DNA of 64,000 nt. It comes from Alphaproteobacteria bacterium. GTDB taxonomy: Bacteria; Pseudomonadota; Alphaproteobacteria; SHVV01. The notes beneath the pieces are model-generated. The model made no database searches. It saw only the letters and a list, made by a program, of their open reading frames with translations, and was not told the DNA's origin. Position 1 is the first letter of the stretch. Each line of letters starts with the position of its first letter. Shown here piece by piece: positions 21,116 through 33,365 of the stretch. Position numbers and translations under genes: made by a program. The DNA is taken from assembly GCA_965261735.1 (NCBI GenBank), contig OZ253470.1, forward strand, positions 672,001-736,000. Direction: 5' to 3'.

Positions 21116-21914
21116 GTTCGAGGTTCGGCTTCATGCGAGCGGCGGGTACCGTCCAGGTGGCTGCGTCCATATCGATTTCGCTCCAAGCGGTACCCCGCGC
21201 CTCGCCGCTCCGCACGGCCGTTAGGATCAGAAACTCAAGACACCACTTGGCCGCCAGGGACGCTTGCGATCGTCGTATCGCCTCGACCAGCCCGCCGACT
21301 TCCCGATAGGGCAACGCCCGCAGGTGGTTCTTGACCTTCGGCATCGTCGGCAGCGCGCCGTCAATGGCTTCGCCCGCCGCGTTGTGTTCGACGAAGCGAT
21401 GAGCCTGTGCCCACTTGAGGATGGTGCGGATACGTTGGCGAACCCGGCGCGCAGTCTCCGGCGTGGTCCCCCAGATCGGCGTCAGGACGCGAAGCACGTC
21501 CTTCTGGTCGATGGTATCCACCGGCATATTGCCGAGGACCGGGTATGCGTGGCGTTCGAGAGACTGACGCCAGGTCACCGTGTGCTTGCCGTTGCGCCAG
21601 CGTGGGCGGTTCGCTTCGAAGACCTGTTCGGCCGCCCCGCGAAAGGTCGGCACGTTGACCCGGCGCTTCTCGGCGAGTGGATCGCCGCCCGACGCGATCA
21701 GCGCACGGTTGCGCGCCGCCGCCTCGCGCGCCTGGGCGAGCCCCACATCGGGGAAGCGCCCGAGGCCGATATCGCGCCGCCGCCGCCCGTACTTGATGCG
21801 CTGTATCCAGGAGCGCGCGTCACCACGTCCGATCTTCAGATAGAGCCCGACGCCGTCGCCATACATGCCCGGCGCCTTGAGCGTCCGCAACCGCGTCGCC
21901 GTCAGCTTTCCCAT
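21116..21914 (-). pseudogene. P4-type tyrosine integrase, C-terminally truncated
   Basis: Arm-binding N-terminus (YGDGVGLYL, IGLGRFP), LTAVRSGEARG, WTVPAARMK; HxxR and Tyr region replaced by IS. Confidence 0.9.
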
Positions 21915-22063
21915 CGCGCCATCCCCTCACTCCCAACATATATCCCCACACGGATGTTGAGAAGATAGGAGAATGCACGGGAAGATTCAAGAACGAATAT
22001 CGCGGTAATTCAGGATCTTAAGAGAATTCCCCGGGAACCTAAGGAATACCCGGGGAGGAGGGT

Positions 22064-22139
<76 letters not shown>

Positions 22140-22259
22140 ATGTGCCGGCTGCCGGCGCCGCGGCCGCCAGCCGCGGCAGGCGCCGGACCCTAAGGCGCGA
22201 TTGCGGCGAAATCAAGCCGGCGGCGACCGGGCGCGCCGGCGTGGCACCGCGGCGGCGCC

Positions 22260-22631
22260 CTAGCGCTCCTCGCTGCTCTCCTCGGGGCTCGACTCGAGGG
22301 CGACGGCCACATCGTCCTCGTCCTCGCCGAGTTCCGAGGCATCCTCGATGAGCGCCTCCTCCTTGTCTTCGCTCTCGACCTCCGCGCCGCCTTCTTCGAG
22401 CGCGGCGCCGCCCTCGACCTTGGCCACTTCCTTGACCGCCTTGGCCTTTTCCTTGGCTGGCTTGGGCGGGCTTGGCGCGACCAGGCGCACCTCAGCGGCG
22501 CCCTTGCCCTTGCCGCTCTCGACCCACGGCGCCTCGCATTTCGGGCACACGACGGGTGTTCGACTGAGATCGTAGTAGCGCGCGCCGCAACCCGGGCACT
22601 CGCGCTTGCTTCCCCATTCTGGCTTGATCAC
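22260..22631 (-). CDS. TIGR02300 / FYDLN-acid family protein
   Basis: KPEWGSKRECPGCGARYYDL...CPKC plus acidic tail; usual neighbour of aroA. Confidence 0.85.
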   Translation of the reverse strand: MIKPEWGSKRECPGCGARYYDLSRTPVVCPKCEAPWVESGKGKGAAEVRLVAPSPPKPAKEKAKAVKEVAKVEGGAALEEGGAEVESEDKEEALIEDASELGEDEDDVAVALESSPEESSEER

Positions 22632-22844
22632 GCCTACCCCTCGCCGACAGTAGGTTCGTCGGGATGCCGAGACTTGCGGCGAATCCCAATTGCCATGATC
22701 GCCGGTCGCTGTCAAAGCCTAATCGCGGGCGCCGCGCAAGGTGCCACCGCGTGGCCGGCGGCGCCGCTGGCGAGGCCGGCGCCCGTGTGCTAGACAGGCG
22801 CACCCTGCGGCCCGACCGCGATCCCACCCGAAACCGCGACCGTC

Positions 22845-24170
22845 GTGTCACCCCTCGTTGCCCATCCCGCCGCCCGGCTCTCGGGCAGGGTGCGCGTGCC
22901 GGGCGACAAGTCAATCTCGCACCGCGCCCTCATCCTCGGTGCCCTCGCGGCCGGCGAGACCAGCGTCGAGGGCCTGCTCGAGAGCGACGACGTGGCGCGC
23001 ACGGCGGACGCGCTGCGCGCCTTGGGTGCGGTCATCGAGAAGGGCGGGGACGGCCTTTGGCGCGTCCACGGCTGCGGCGTCGGGGCCCTGCGCGAGCCCG
23101 CGTGCGTGCTCGACCTCGGCAACTCGGGCACAGGCGTACGCCTGCTGATGGGCGTCGCCGCGAGCCACGCGTTCACCTCGTTCTTCACCGGCGACGCCTC
23201 GCTCGCCGCGCGGCCGATGCAGCGGGTTGCGGCCCCGCTCGAGATGATGGGCGCGCGTATCATCGCGCGCGAGGGCTGCCGGCTGCCGCTCGCCGTCGTC
23301 GGCGCGCCCGAGCCGATGCCGATCAGCTACACCCTGCCCGTCCCGTCGGCCCAGGCAAAGTCGGCTATCCTGCTCGCCGCGCTCAACGCGCCGGGCACCA
23401 CCACCGTGACCGAACCCGCGCCCACGCGCGATCATACCGAGCGCATGCTTAAGCACTTCGGCGCCGAGGTCGAGGTCGTCGGCGACGGCAGCACGGCGAT
23501 CGCGCTCCGCGGACAGCCCGAGCTCGAGCCGCGCGCGCTCGCCATACCCGGCGATCCCTCCTCGGCCGCGTTTGCCGCCGTGGCCGCGCTGGCGGTGTCG
23601 GGTTCGGCCGTCACCATCGCCGGCGTCGGCGTTAATCCCCACCGCATCGGCCTCTATGATTGCCTGCGCGAGATGGGTGGTGACATCACGCTGGCGCCGC
23701 GCCCACCCCTCGGCGGCGAGGAGACGGCCGACTTGACAATCCGTGGCGGCCCGCTCGAGGCCATCGAGGTTCCGGCGGCGCGGGCACCCTCGATGATCGA
23801 TGAATTCCCCGTTCTCGCGGTCGCGGCCGCCTGCGCCAAGGGCACGAGCGTCCTGCGCGGGCTCGGCGAGTTGCGCGTCAAGGAGAGCGATCGCCTCACC
23901 GCCATCGCCGATGGTCTCGCGCGCAGCGGCGTCGACGTCGAGCAGAGCGGTGACGACCTAATCATCCACGGCGTCGGCGGGCGGCCCGCCGGAGGCGCCA
24001 CGATCGCCTCGCACCTCGATCACCGCATCGCCATGGCGTTTCTCGTTCTCGGCCTGATCGCGCGCGCCCCCGTCGCGGTCGACGACGCCGCGACGATCGC
24101 CACCAGCTTCCCCGGGTTCGCTCGGCTCTTCGCGGCCATCGGCGCGGATATGGCGCCGCCGCCGCCATGA
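22845..24170 (+). CDS. aroA: EPSP synthase
   Basis: PGDKSISHR, GNSGT, RVKESDR, DHRIAM. Confidence 0.97.
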   Translation: MSPLVAHPAARLSGRVRVPGDKSISHRALILGALAAGETSVEGLLESDDVARTADALRALGAVIEKGGDGLWRVHGCGVGALREPACVLDLGNSGTGVRLLMGVAASHAFTSFFTGDASLAARPMQRVAAPLEMMGARIIAREGCRLPLAVVGAPEPMPISYTLPVPSAQAKSAILLAALNAPGTTTVTEPAPTRDHTERMLKHFGAEVEVVGDGSTAIALRGQPELEPRALAIPGDPSSAAFAAVAALAVSGSAVTIAGVGVNPHRIGLYDCLREMGGDITLAPRPPLGGEETADLTIRGGPLEAIEVPAARAPSMIDEFPVLAVAAACAKGTSVLRGLGELRVKESDRLTAIADGLARSGVDVEQSGDDLIIHGVGGRPAGGATIASHLDHRIAMAFLVLGLIARAPVAVDDAATIATSFPGFARLFAAIGADMAPPPP

Positions 24171-24802
24171 TTATCGCGATCGACGGTCCGGCGGCTGCCG
24201 GCAAGGGCACGCTGGCCGCCAAGCTCGCCACCCACTTCAGATTGGCCCATCTCGACAGTGGGGCGCTCTACCGCGCGGTGGCGCTGCGGTTGCGCCGCGC
24301 GGGCGGCGATCCCGCCGATGTCGAGTCCGCCGTCCGTGCGGCACAGGGGCTGACGGCCGAGGACCTCGCCGATCCCGAGTTGCGCACCCAGCGCGTGGGT
24401 CAGGCCGCCTCCGTCGTCGCCGCGATCCCCGACGTCCGGCGCGTGCTGATTGATTTCCAGCGCCGCTTCGCCGCACACCCCCCCGGCGACGTCAAGGGCG
24501 CGGTGATCGACGGGCGCGATATCGGTACCGTCGTATGCCCCGACGCCGACGCGAAGCTGTTCGTGACGGCGAGCGTCGAGGAGCGCGTCCGCCGCAGGCA
24601 AAGCGAGCTAACGGGCCGCGGCGTCGAGGTCTCCGAGGCGGCGGTGCGCGAGGAGCTCGCGCTGCGCGACGCGCGTGACCGCGAGCGCAGCGTGGCCCCG
24701 CTGCGCCGCGCCGACGATGCCCACTTGCTAGACACCACGAATTTGTCTATAGACAGCGCCTTTACGGACGCTAAGGCCTTTATCGTCGGGCGTCTGAGGT
24801 AA
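24167..24802 (+). CDS. cmk: cytidylate kinase
   Basis: IAIDGPAAAGKGT, DGRDIGTVV. Confidence 0.96.
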   Translation: MIIAIDGPAAAGKGTLAAKLATHFRLAHLDSGALYRAVALRLRRAGGDPADVESAVRAAQGLTAEDLADPELRTQRVGQAASVVAAIPDVRRVLIDFQRRFAAHPPGDVKGAVIDGRDIGTVVCPDADAKLFVTASVEERVRRRQSELTGRGVEVSEAAVREELALRDARDRERSVAPLRRADDAHLLDTTNLSIDSAFTDAKAFIVGRLR

Positions 24803-24907
24803 TCCCGTGACGGTCGGGCCGGCGCCATGGGCGGCCGGTACCATGGCGCCTTGCATCGACGGGGTCCAGCCCCTAGCCTTTCGCAAATGGGTTGATGAGG
24901 AGTCCGC

Positions 24908-26920
24908 ATGAGCGCAGAGACCGACACCGATACCGCGCCCCTCGCCGAGAGCTTCGCGGCGCTTCTGGAGGAGACCTACGGCACCGGCGACAATCTCGAA
25001 GGGACCGTGATTCCGGGCACCGTCATCGCCATCGAGGGCGATGCGGCGCTGATCGACGTCGGCCTCAAGTCCGAGGGCCGCGTGCCGCTGAAGGAGTTCG
25101 CGACGCCAGGCCAGCCGGCGGAGATCAAGGTCGGAGACACCGTCGAGGTCTATCTCGAGCGCATGGAAAACCGCGCCGGCGAAGCGGCGCTGAGCCGCGA
25201 CAAGGCGCGCCGCGAGGAGGCGTGGACGGTCCTCGAGGCGGCCTTCGAGAAGAACGAGAAAGTCTCCGGTAACATCTTCGGCCGCGTCAAGGGCGGCTTC
25301 ACCGTCGACCTGTCGGGCGCCGTCGCCTTCCTCCCGGGGAGCCAGGTCGATGTGCGGCCGGTGCGCGACATCGGCCCCCTGATGGGGACACCTCAGCCGT
25401 TCCAGATCCTCAAGATGGACCGCAGGCGCGGCAATATCGTCGTTTCGCGCCGCGCCGTGCTCGAGGAAACCCGCGCCGAGCAGCGCTCGGGCCTCGTGGC
25501 CAGCCTCAAGGAGGGGCAGGTGATCGACGGCGTGGTCAAGAACATCACCGACTACGGCGCCTTCGTCGACCTCGGTGGCATCGACGGACTGCTGCACGTC
25601 ACCGACATGGCGTGGCGGCGCGTCAACCATCCAAGTGAGGTGCTGAACATCGGCCAGACGGTCAAGGTGCAGCTCATCCGCGTCAACCCCGAAACCCAGC
25701 GCATCTCCCTCGGCATGAAGCAGCTCGAGCAGGATCCGTGGGAGAACGTCGTCATCAACTACCCCGTCCGCGTCAAGCTCAAGGGCAGGGTCACCAACAT
25801 CACCGACTACGGCGCCTTCGTCGAGCTCGAACCCGGGGTCGAGGGTCTCGTGCACATATCCGAGATGAGCTGGACCAAGAAGAACACGCCACCGGGCAAG
25901 ATCATCTCGACGAGCCAAGAGGTCGAGGTCATGGTGCTCGAGGTCGATCCCGTGAAGCGGCGGGTCAGCCTCAGCCTCAAGCAGTGCCTGGACAATCCGT
26001 GGCAGGCCTTTGTCGATGGCCACGAGCCCGGCAGCCTTGTCGAGGGCGAGGTCAAGAGCATTACCGAGTTCGGCCTGTTCATCGGCGTCGACGCGGGCGT
26101 CGACGGCATGGTGCACATGTCCGACATCGACTGGGTCAAGCCAGGCGACGAGGCGATCGCCGCCTACAACAAGGGCGACGTGGTCAAGGCCAAGGTGCTC
26201 GATGTCGACGTCGCCAAGGAACGCATCAGCCTTGGCATCAAGCAGCTGACCGACGATCCCTATGAGGCGGTCGGCAAGCTCAAGCGGGGCAACACGGTTA
26301 CCTGCACCGTGGCCGCCGTCCGTGACAGCGGCATCGACGTCACCGTCGGCGACATGGTCGGCTTTATTCGCCGCGCCGACCTGGCACGCGACCGCTCGGA
26401 GCAACGGCCCGATCGCTTCGCGGTCGGCGACAAGGTCGACGCCAAGATCAGTGCCATGGACCGTGACTCGCGCAAGTTCACGCTGTCGATCAAAGCCCTC
26501 GAAATCGCCGACGAGAAGCAGGCGATGGAGCAATACGGCTCGAGCGATAGCGGCGCGAGCCTAGGCGACATCCTCGGCGCGGCGATGGACCGAACGCGGC
26601 TCAAGCAGCAGGAAGAGGAAGCCGAGGGCGCGGCCAAGGCGAGCGCCGAGGCGCCCGAGGACGGCGCCACCGAAGCGAGCGCGGAGTCACCCGAGGAGGA
26701 AGCCGCCGAGGCGAACGCGGAGTCACCCGAGGAAGGCACCACCGAGGCGAGCGCGGGGGCACCCGAGGAGGGCGCCACCGAGGCGAGCGCCGAGGCAACG
26801 GAGGAGGGCGCCGCCGAAGCGCCAGCCGAGGCGGCCGCCGAAGACGAGAACAAGGCCGAGGCCGAAGCGCCCGCGGAAGACGAGAGCAAGGCCGAGGCGC
26901 CGGCCGACAAGCCGACGTAA
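24908..26920 (+). CDS. rpsA: 30S ribosomal protein S1 with acidic repeat tail
   Basis: Repeated S1 domains, IDVGLKSEG, YGSSDSGASLGDIL. Confidence 0.97.
   Translation: MSAETDTDTAPLAESFAALLEETYGTGDNLEGTVIPGTVIAIEGDAALIDVGLKSEGRVPLKEFATPGQPAEIKVGDTVEVYLERMENRAGEAALSRDKARREEAWTVLEAAFEKNEKVSGNIFGRVKGGFTVDLSGAVAFLPGSQVDVRPVRDIGPLMGTPQPFQILKMDRRRGNIVVSRRAVLEETRAEQRSGLVASLKEGQVIDGVVKNITDYGAFVDLGGIDGLLHVTDMAWRRVNHPSEVLNIGQTVKVQLIRVNPETQRISLGMKQLEQDPWENVVINYPVRVKLKGRVTNITDYGAFVELEPGVEGLVHISEMSWTKKNTPPGKIISTSQEVEVMVLEVDPVKRRVSLSLKQCLDNPWQAFVDGHEPGSLVEGEVKSITEFGLFIGVDAGVDGMVHMSDIDWVKPGDEAIAAYNKGDVVKAKVLDVDVAKERISLGIKQLTDDPYEAVGKLKRGNTVTCTVAAVRDSGIDVTVGDMVGFIRRADLARDRSEQRPDRFAVGDKVDAKISAMDRDSRKFTLSIKALEIADEKQAMEQYGSSDSGASLGDILGAAMDRTRLKQQEEEAEGAAKASAEAPEDGATEASAESPEEEAAEANAESPEEGTTEASAGAPEEGATEASAEATEEGAAEAPAEAAAEDENKAEAEAPAEDESKAEAPADKPT
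26639..26818 (+). repeat. 5 x 36-bp coding tandem repeat (about ASAExPEEGATE)
   Basis: Units start at 26639, 26675, 26711, 26747, 26783. Confidence 0.85.
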
Positions 26921-26975
26921 GATCGCGGCTGATCGCACCCTCACTGCGAGCGCCCCGATTCGCATCGGCTAGCGC

Positions 26976-27881
26976 ATGGCGCTCGACGCTGACCACCTTC
27001 TCGACCGCCGCCGCCTCAAGCGGCGCCTCACCTTGTGGCGCGCCCTCGCGATCATCGGTGCCCTGGCTCTGATCGCGGTTTTGTTCGCCGACCGGCTGTC
27101 TGGGTATGTGGCCGGGCCGCACGTCGCGCGCCTTGCCATCCACGGACTCATTATCGACGACCGAGAGCGCATCGCGGCCCTTAGGCGCCTGGCCGAGGAT
27201 AACCGGGCGCGCGCGCTGATCATCCGGCTCGACAGCCCCGGTGGCACGACGCAGGGGGCGGAGGAGCTGTATCTGGCGCTACGCGAGGTCGCGGAACGCA
27301 AGCCGGTAGTTGCCGTGATCGGCGCGTTCGGCGCCTCCGCCGCCTACCTCGCGGCGCTCGCCGCCGACCATATCGTCGCCCGCACGACCTCGCTGACGGG
27401 ATCGATCGGCGTGCTCGTGGAAACCGCCGAGTTCTCGGGCTTGCTCGATTCTTTCGGGATCACGACCGACACCGTGAAGAGCGGCGCGTTGAAGAGCGAG
27501 CCGTCGCCGCTGCGCCCGATGAGCGAAGAGGGCCGCGCCGTCCTGGCGGCCGTGGTCGAGGATAGCTACCAGTGGTTTGTCGCCTTGGTCGCGGAGCGCC
27601 GCCACCTCGATCGCGCGGACGCCCTGGCCTTAGCCGACGGCCGCATCTTCACCGGGCGCCAGGCGCTCGCCGCCGGGCTCCTCGATGCTCTTGGCGGCGA
27701 GGCCGAGGCGCGCGATTGGCTCGCCGAAACGAGCGGCGTCAGCCTCGGAATACCGACGCGGGACATCGCGATCGAACGCCGCGAGGGCCTCTGGCGCCTG
27801 CTCCGCTCGGCCGGAAAAACATTGCTGTCAGAACGACTTACGCTTGACGGCCTGGTTTCGGTCTGGCAACCTCCTCGGTGA
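26976..27881 (+). CDS. sppA: signal peptide peptidase SppA
   Basis: DSPGG, ASAAY, TGSIGV, DGRIFTGRQA. Confidence 0.93.
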   Translation: MALDADHLLDRRRLKRRLTLWRALAIIGALALIAVLFADRLSGYVAGPHVARLAIHGLIIDDRERIAALRRLAEDNRARALIIRLDSPGGTTQGAEELYLALREVAERKPVVAVIGAFGASAAYLAALAADHIVARTTSLTGSIGVLVETAEFSGLLDSFGITTDTVKSGALKSEPSPLRPMSEEGRAVLAAVVEDSYQWFVALVAERRHLDRADALALADGRIFTGRQALAAGLLDALGGEAEARDWLAETSGVSLGIPTRDIAIERREGLWRLLRSAGKTLLSERLTLDGLVSVWQPPR

Positions 27882-27960
27882 AGCGCGGCAGGGCGGCGGG
27901 AGTGCCGGCAACGGCCGCCGCGCTACCGCCGATTGAAGCGGAGCACTGCGAGTACGGCAG

Positions 27961-28260
27961 ATGGTGAAGTCGGAGCTCATCGTTCGGTTAGCGGAACGCA
28001 ACCCGCACCTGTTCCAGCGCGATATCGAGCGCATCGTGACGACGATTTTCGATGAGATTTCGGCCGCGTTGGCGCACGGCCAGCGCGTCGAGCTACGCGG
28101 GTTCGGGGCTTTCTCGGTCAAGCAGCGCCCGGCCCGGATCGCACGCAATCCGCGCACCGGAACGCCGGTCGAGGTTGCCGAGAAGTACGTACCCTTTTTC
28201 AAGACCGGCAAGGAACTGCGCGAGCGCCTCAACGCCGCCGCCCCGACCGGCAGCCCATAG
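27961..28260 (+). CDS. ihfB: integration host factor beta
   Basis: KSELI...[10 protein letters not shown]...RNPRTG...[12 protein letters not shown]. Confidence 0.96.
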   Translation: MVKSELIVRLAERNPHLFQRDIERIVTTIFDEISAALAHGQRVELRGFGAFSVKQRPARIARNPRTGTPVEVAEKYVPFFKTGKELRERLNAAAPTGSP

Positions 28261-28322
28261 CCCGCTCTTGAGCGGCGGGCCGGCGCGTTCGCAGCTGCCG
28301 GACGCCCGTGGAGCCAAGCGAC

Positions 28323-28739
28323 ATGCGTTCGACCGCCGCGAAACTCTTTCGCTGGGTCCTCTTCATCATCGTTGCGGCAGCCGCGGCGTTGTTCGCCGTC
28401 GCCAATCGCGAGGCGGTGGTGGTGAGCTTCGACCCGCTGCCCTATTCGGTCGAGCCGCCGCTGTATCTCGCGATCTTCGCCATGGTGGTCGCCGGCGGGC
28501 TCATCGGCGCGCTCGTTACTTGGCTTTCGGGCCACCGGGCGAGGCGTGAGCTCGCGCGCGCACGCCGTCGCCTGACGGCGATGGAAAATGAACTCCACGG
28601 TGTGCGCGCGCAGCTCGCCGAGCCGGCCGAACCGGCCGCGCCCGCAGTGCTCGAGGACGTCGCCCAACGGCCGGCGCCCGCGCCGGCGCGCCCGCCACCG
28701 CCGACGGTACCGACGGCGGGCAGGTCGGAGGACGAGTGA
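28323..28739 (+). CDS. lapA: LapA (DUF1049) family membrane protein
   Basis: FAVANR.....SFDP, two TM helices, coiled coil; follows ihfB. Confidence 0.8.
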   Translation: MRSTAAKLFRWVLFIIVAAAAALFAVANREAVVVSFDPLPYSVEPPLYLAIFAMVVAGGLIGALVTWLSGHRARRELARARRRLTAMENELHGVRAQLAEPAEPAAPAVLEDVAQRPAPAPARPPPPTVPTAGRSEDE

Positions 28740-28916
28740 GACTTGCGGTCGTCGGCGCCGGCATCATGGGCCTGTCGATGGCGTGGGCTCATCCGCTTTC
28801 CCTACGGCGCCGAAGAGGGCTACTGCCGGACGGTGGCGAACGCCTTTGCCGCGATTCGCGCTATAACGGCGGCCATTGGCGGCGCGCGCCAAGGGATGAA
28901 GGGCGGCGGTGACTGA
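28736..28916 (+). pseudogene. deletion scar: FAD-oxidoreductase stump joined to the tail of another gene
   Basis: VRLAVVGAGIMGLSMAWA, shift to LIRFPYG...AFAA, then IRAITAAIGG...* ending just before trpF. Confidence 0.7.
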
Positions 28917-28919
28917 CCG

Positions 28920-29564
28920 ATGACGGTCTCGGCGAAGATATGCGGCATCAACGCGCCGGCGGCGATGAACGCGGCCGTGGCCGGCGGCGCGGCCTATGTC
29001 GGGCTCGTGTTCTACCCGCCCTCGCCGCGCTACGTGACACCGGCCGAAGCCGCCGCCTTGGCCGCCCTGGGCGGCGCGGCGTTGCGCGTCGGCCTCTTCG
29101 TCGATGCCGACGACGATCTCCTGGCCACCGTGCTCGACGCCGTCGCGCTCGACTTGCTGCAGCTGCACGGCGGCGAGACGCCGGAACGCGTAGCCGAGGT
29201 GCGCGCGCGCCACGACATCGCGGTGATGAAAACGATCAGCGTTGCCGGCGAGGCCGACATCGCCCGCGCCCACGACTACGAGCACACGGCAGATCGCCTG
29301 CTGTTCGACGCCAAGCCGCCCGCGGACATGGCCCATGCGCTTCCGGGGGGCAATGCGCTAAGCTTCGACTGGCGGCTCCTCGGCGGGCGCGCGTGGGCCT
29401 GCCCGTGGATGCTGTCGGGTGGTCTCGACGCCGACAACGTCGCGGAGGCGGTGCGTATCAGCGGCGCGCCCGCGGTCGATGTATCCTCGGGCGTCGAGGA
29501 CGCGCCCGGCCACAAGAGCCCGGAGCGCATCGCCCGCTTCCTTGAAGCCGTCGGCCGTATCTAG
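28920..29564 (+). CDS. trpF: phosphoribosylanthranilate isomerase
   Basis: [23 protein letters not shown]. Confidence 0.96.
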   Translation: MTVSAKICGINAPAAMNAAVAGGAAYVGLVFYPPSPRYVTPAEAAALAALGGAALRVGLFVDADDDLLATVLDAVALDLLQLHGGETPERVAEVRARHDIAVMKTISVAGEADIARAHDYEHTADRLLFDAKPPADMAHALPGGNALSFDWRLLGGRAWACPWMLSGGLDADNVAEAVRISGAPAVDVSSGVEDAPGHKSPERIARFLEAVGRI

Positions 29565-29580
29565 CAGGAGTTTCTTCGTC

Positions 29581-30788
<1,208 letters not shown>

Positions 30789-30792
<4 letters not shown>

Positions 30793-31676
30793 GCGCGCCG
30801 AGCCGAATCGACGCCCGCTTCGCCGAGCTGCGCGCGGCGGACCGCGCCGGCTTCGTCGCCTTCGTCACTGCCGGCGACCCGGAGCCTGCGGCCGCGCTCG
30901 ACATCCTGCGCGGCCTGCCCGGCGCCGGCGCCGACCTGATCGAGGTCGGCATGCCGTTCACCGACCCGATGGCCGATGGCCCGGCCATCCAGGCGGCGAG
31001 CCTGCGCGCCCTTCGCGCGGGCGCCACGATGCGCGGCACGCTCGACCTAGTGCGCGCCTTCCGGCGCGAGGACGAGGCGACGCCGCTCGTGCTGATGGGC
31101 TACTTCAACCCGATCTTCGTCTACGGCGCCGAGGCGTTCGCGCGTGACGCGGCCGCGGCCGGGGCCGACGGCCTGATCGTCGTCGACTTGCCACCGGAGG
31201 AGGATGCGGAGCTGCGCCCGCACGCGGCCCACGCGGGCTTGCGCTGCGTCCGCCTCGTTACGCCAACGACGGACGAGCAGCGCCTGCCGACCGTGCTCAA
31301 AGCCGCCGAGGGCTTCGTCTATTACGTGTCGATTACCGGTATCACCGGCGCCGCAAGCGCTAACGCCGAAGCCATCGCCCCGGCGCTCGCCCGGCTGCGC
31401 CGGCACACCGAGCTGCCGGTCGCTGTCGGCTTCGGCATCCGGACATCGGCGCAAGCCGAGGCGGTCGCCCGAATCGCCGACGCCGCCGTCGTGGGATCGG
31501 CCCTGGTTAACCGTATCGCCGAGCGCGTGTCGGCTGCGGAGGGCCGAGCCGGCCTTGTCGAGCACGTGCTGTCGCTCGCGCGCGAGCTCGCCGATAGCGT
31601 TCACGCCGCGCGTGACGCGGCGGCCGCACCGGTCGCACCGGTCGCGGCTAATGGCCCGGCAGGATCTCGCGGCTGA
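30789..31676 (+). CDS. trpA: tryptophan synthase alpha with extra C-terminal tail
   Basis: [30 protein letters not shown]. Confidence 0.96.
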
Positions 31677-33001
31677 GCACGAGCGCCGTCCTCGACCGTC
31701 TCGTCCAGCTTCACCCCAAGCTGATCGACCTGTCGCTCGGCCGCATGGAGCGGCTGCTGGCGGCGCTTGGCCATCCCGAGCGACGCCTCGCCCCCGTCGT
31801 CCATGTCGCCGGGACCAACGGCAAGGGCTCGGTGATCGCCTATCTCGGCGCCGTGCTACGCGCCGCGGGCTACCGCGTCCAGGCCTATACCTCGCCGCAC
31901 CTGCAGCGCTTCAACGAGCGTATCCGACTCGTCGGCGGCGACATCGACTCGCGCCCCCTGGTCGCCCTGCTCGAAGAGTGCGAGGCCGCCAATGCTGGCC
32001 AACAAATCACCTTCTTCGAGGTGACGACGGCGGCGGCGCTCCTCGCCTTCGCGCGCGAGCCGGCCGATTTCCTGCTGCTCGAAGTCGGGCTCGGTGGCCG
32101 CTTCGATGCGACCAACATCGTCACGCCGCGGCTCGTCGCCATCACGCCCGTCGCTATCGACCACGTTCAGTTCCTGGGCCGCACCCTCGCAGCCATCGCG
32201 AGCGAAAAGGCGGGAATCCTTAAGGCTGGCGTTCCCGCCGTGATCGGCCGCCAGCCGGCCGCGGCGATGCGCGCCATCGCGGCCCGGGCCGCGGACCTCG
32301 GCGTCGCCCTTACCCGCCGCAGCGAGCGGCGGCGGGTAAGGGCGGGCGTCGACGACTGGAGCGCCTGGCCCGACGGCGAGGCGATGGTGGTCAGGACCGG
32401 TCGGGCGCGCCTGCGCCTACCGCGCCCCGCGCTCCCCGGGCGCCACCAGATCGATAATGCGGGTCATGCCATCGCTTGCCTTGCCCACCTCGAAGAGTCC
32501 GCGGTGGGGGCGTGGGCCACCGCTACGGGGCTGACCGACGTGGTATGGCCGGCGCGCATGCAACGGCTCGAGCGTGGGGCCCTCGCCGCGCTGCTGCCGC
32601 CGGGGGCCGAGCTATGGCTCGACGGCGGCCACAACCCGGCCGCGGGTCGTGCGGTCGCCGCGGCTGTGCGCGAGCTAGCGGCGGCCGATCCCATGCCGCG
32701 CCCGCTCCAACTCGTCATCGGGATGATGGCGACCAAGGATGCGCGCGGTTATCTACGGCCCTTGGCGGCGCTCGCGGATTCCGCCGTCACGGTCGCGATC
32801 CCGGACCAGGCAGCGAGCTTGGATGCCACGCGGATGGCGGCGCTGGCGGTCAATTGCGGCCTCGCCGCGCGCCCCGCGGGCGGAGTCGGTGAGGCGCTTG
32901 CCGCCATTGCCGGCGAGGCCGGCGTGGTGCCTCCGCGCGTGCTGGTGTGCGGCTCGCTCTACCTCGCGGGCGCGGTGCTCACGGCCAACGCGGCGCGCTG
33001 A
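31673..33001 (+). CDS. folC: folylpolyglutamate / dihydrofolate synthase
   Basis: [40 protein letters not shown]; conserved N-terminus begins at a CTG (first ATG 31745). Confidence 0.93.
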   Translation: MSTSAVLDRLVQLHPKLIDLSLGRMERLLAALGHPERRLAPVVHVAGTNGKGSVIAYLGAVLRAAGYRVQAYTSPHLQRFNERIRLVGGDIDSRPLVALLEECEAANAGQQITFFEVTTAAALLAFAREPADFLLLEVGLGGRFDATNIVTPRLVAITPVAIDHVQFLGRTLAAIASEKAGILKAGVPAVIGRQPAAAMRAIAARAADLGVALTRRSERRRVRAGVDDWSAWPDGEAMVVRTGRARLRLPRPALPGRHQIDNAGHAIACLAHLEESAVGAWATATGLTDVVWPARMQRLERGALAALLPPGAELWLDGGHNPAAGRAVAAAVRELAAADPMPRPLQLVIGMMATKDARGYLRPLAALADSAVTVAIPDQAASLDATRMAALAVNCGLAARPAGGVGEALAAIAGEAGVVPPRVLVCGSLYLAGAVLTANAAR

Positions 33002-33014
33002 GGCGAGTGCGAGG

Positions 33015-33356
33015 CTAAGGGCGAGTGACCGCCGGCTGCAACGTGGATTCGATCCAATCGACGAGCTTGCCCTTGGGCAGCGCGCCTACCTTGGTCGAAG
33101 CGATCTCACCGTTCTTGAACAGCATCAGCGTCGGAATACCGCGCACCCCGAACTTGGTCGGCGTCACCGGATTGTCGTCGATGTTCAGCTTGGCGATGGT
33201 CAGGCGGCCGTCCATCTCGGCCGCGATCTCCTCCAGTGCCGGCGCGATCTGCTTGCACGGCTGACACCACTCCGCCCAGTAGTCGACGAGGACCGGCGTC
33301 GACGCGCCGACCACATCCTGCTCGAACGTTGAGTCGCTCACATGGGTGATGGCCAT
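33015..33356 (-). CDS. trxA: thioredoxin
   Basis: [17 protein letters not shown]; position after addA. Confidence 0.95.
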   Translation of the reverse strand: MAITHVSDSTFEQDVVGASTPVLVDYWAEWCQPCKQIAPALEEIAAEMDGRLTIAKLNIDDNPVTPTKFGVRGIPTLMLFKNGEIASTKVGALPKGKLVDWIESTLQPAVTRP

Positions 33357-33365
33357 AGGTCATTC

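Noticed and set aside
26639-26818. 36-bp repeats as a CRISPR array
   Set aside because: Tandem, degenerate, no spacers, in frame within rpsA, no cas genes.
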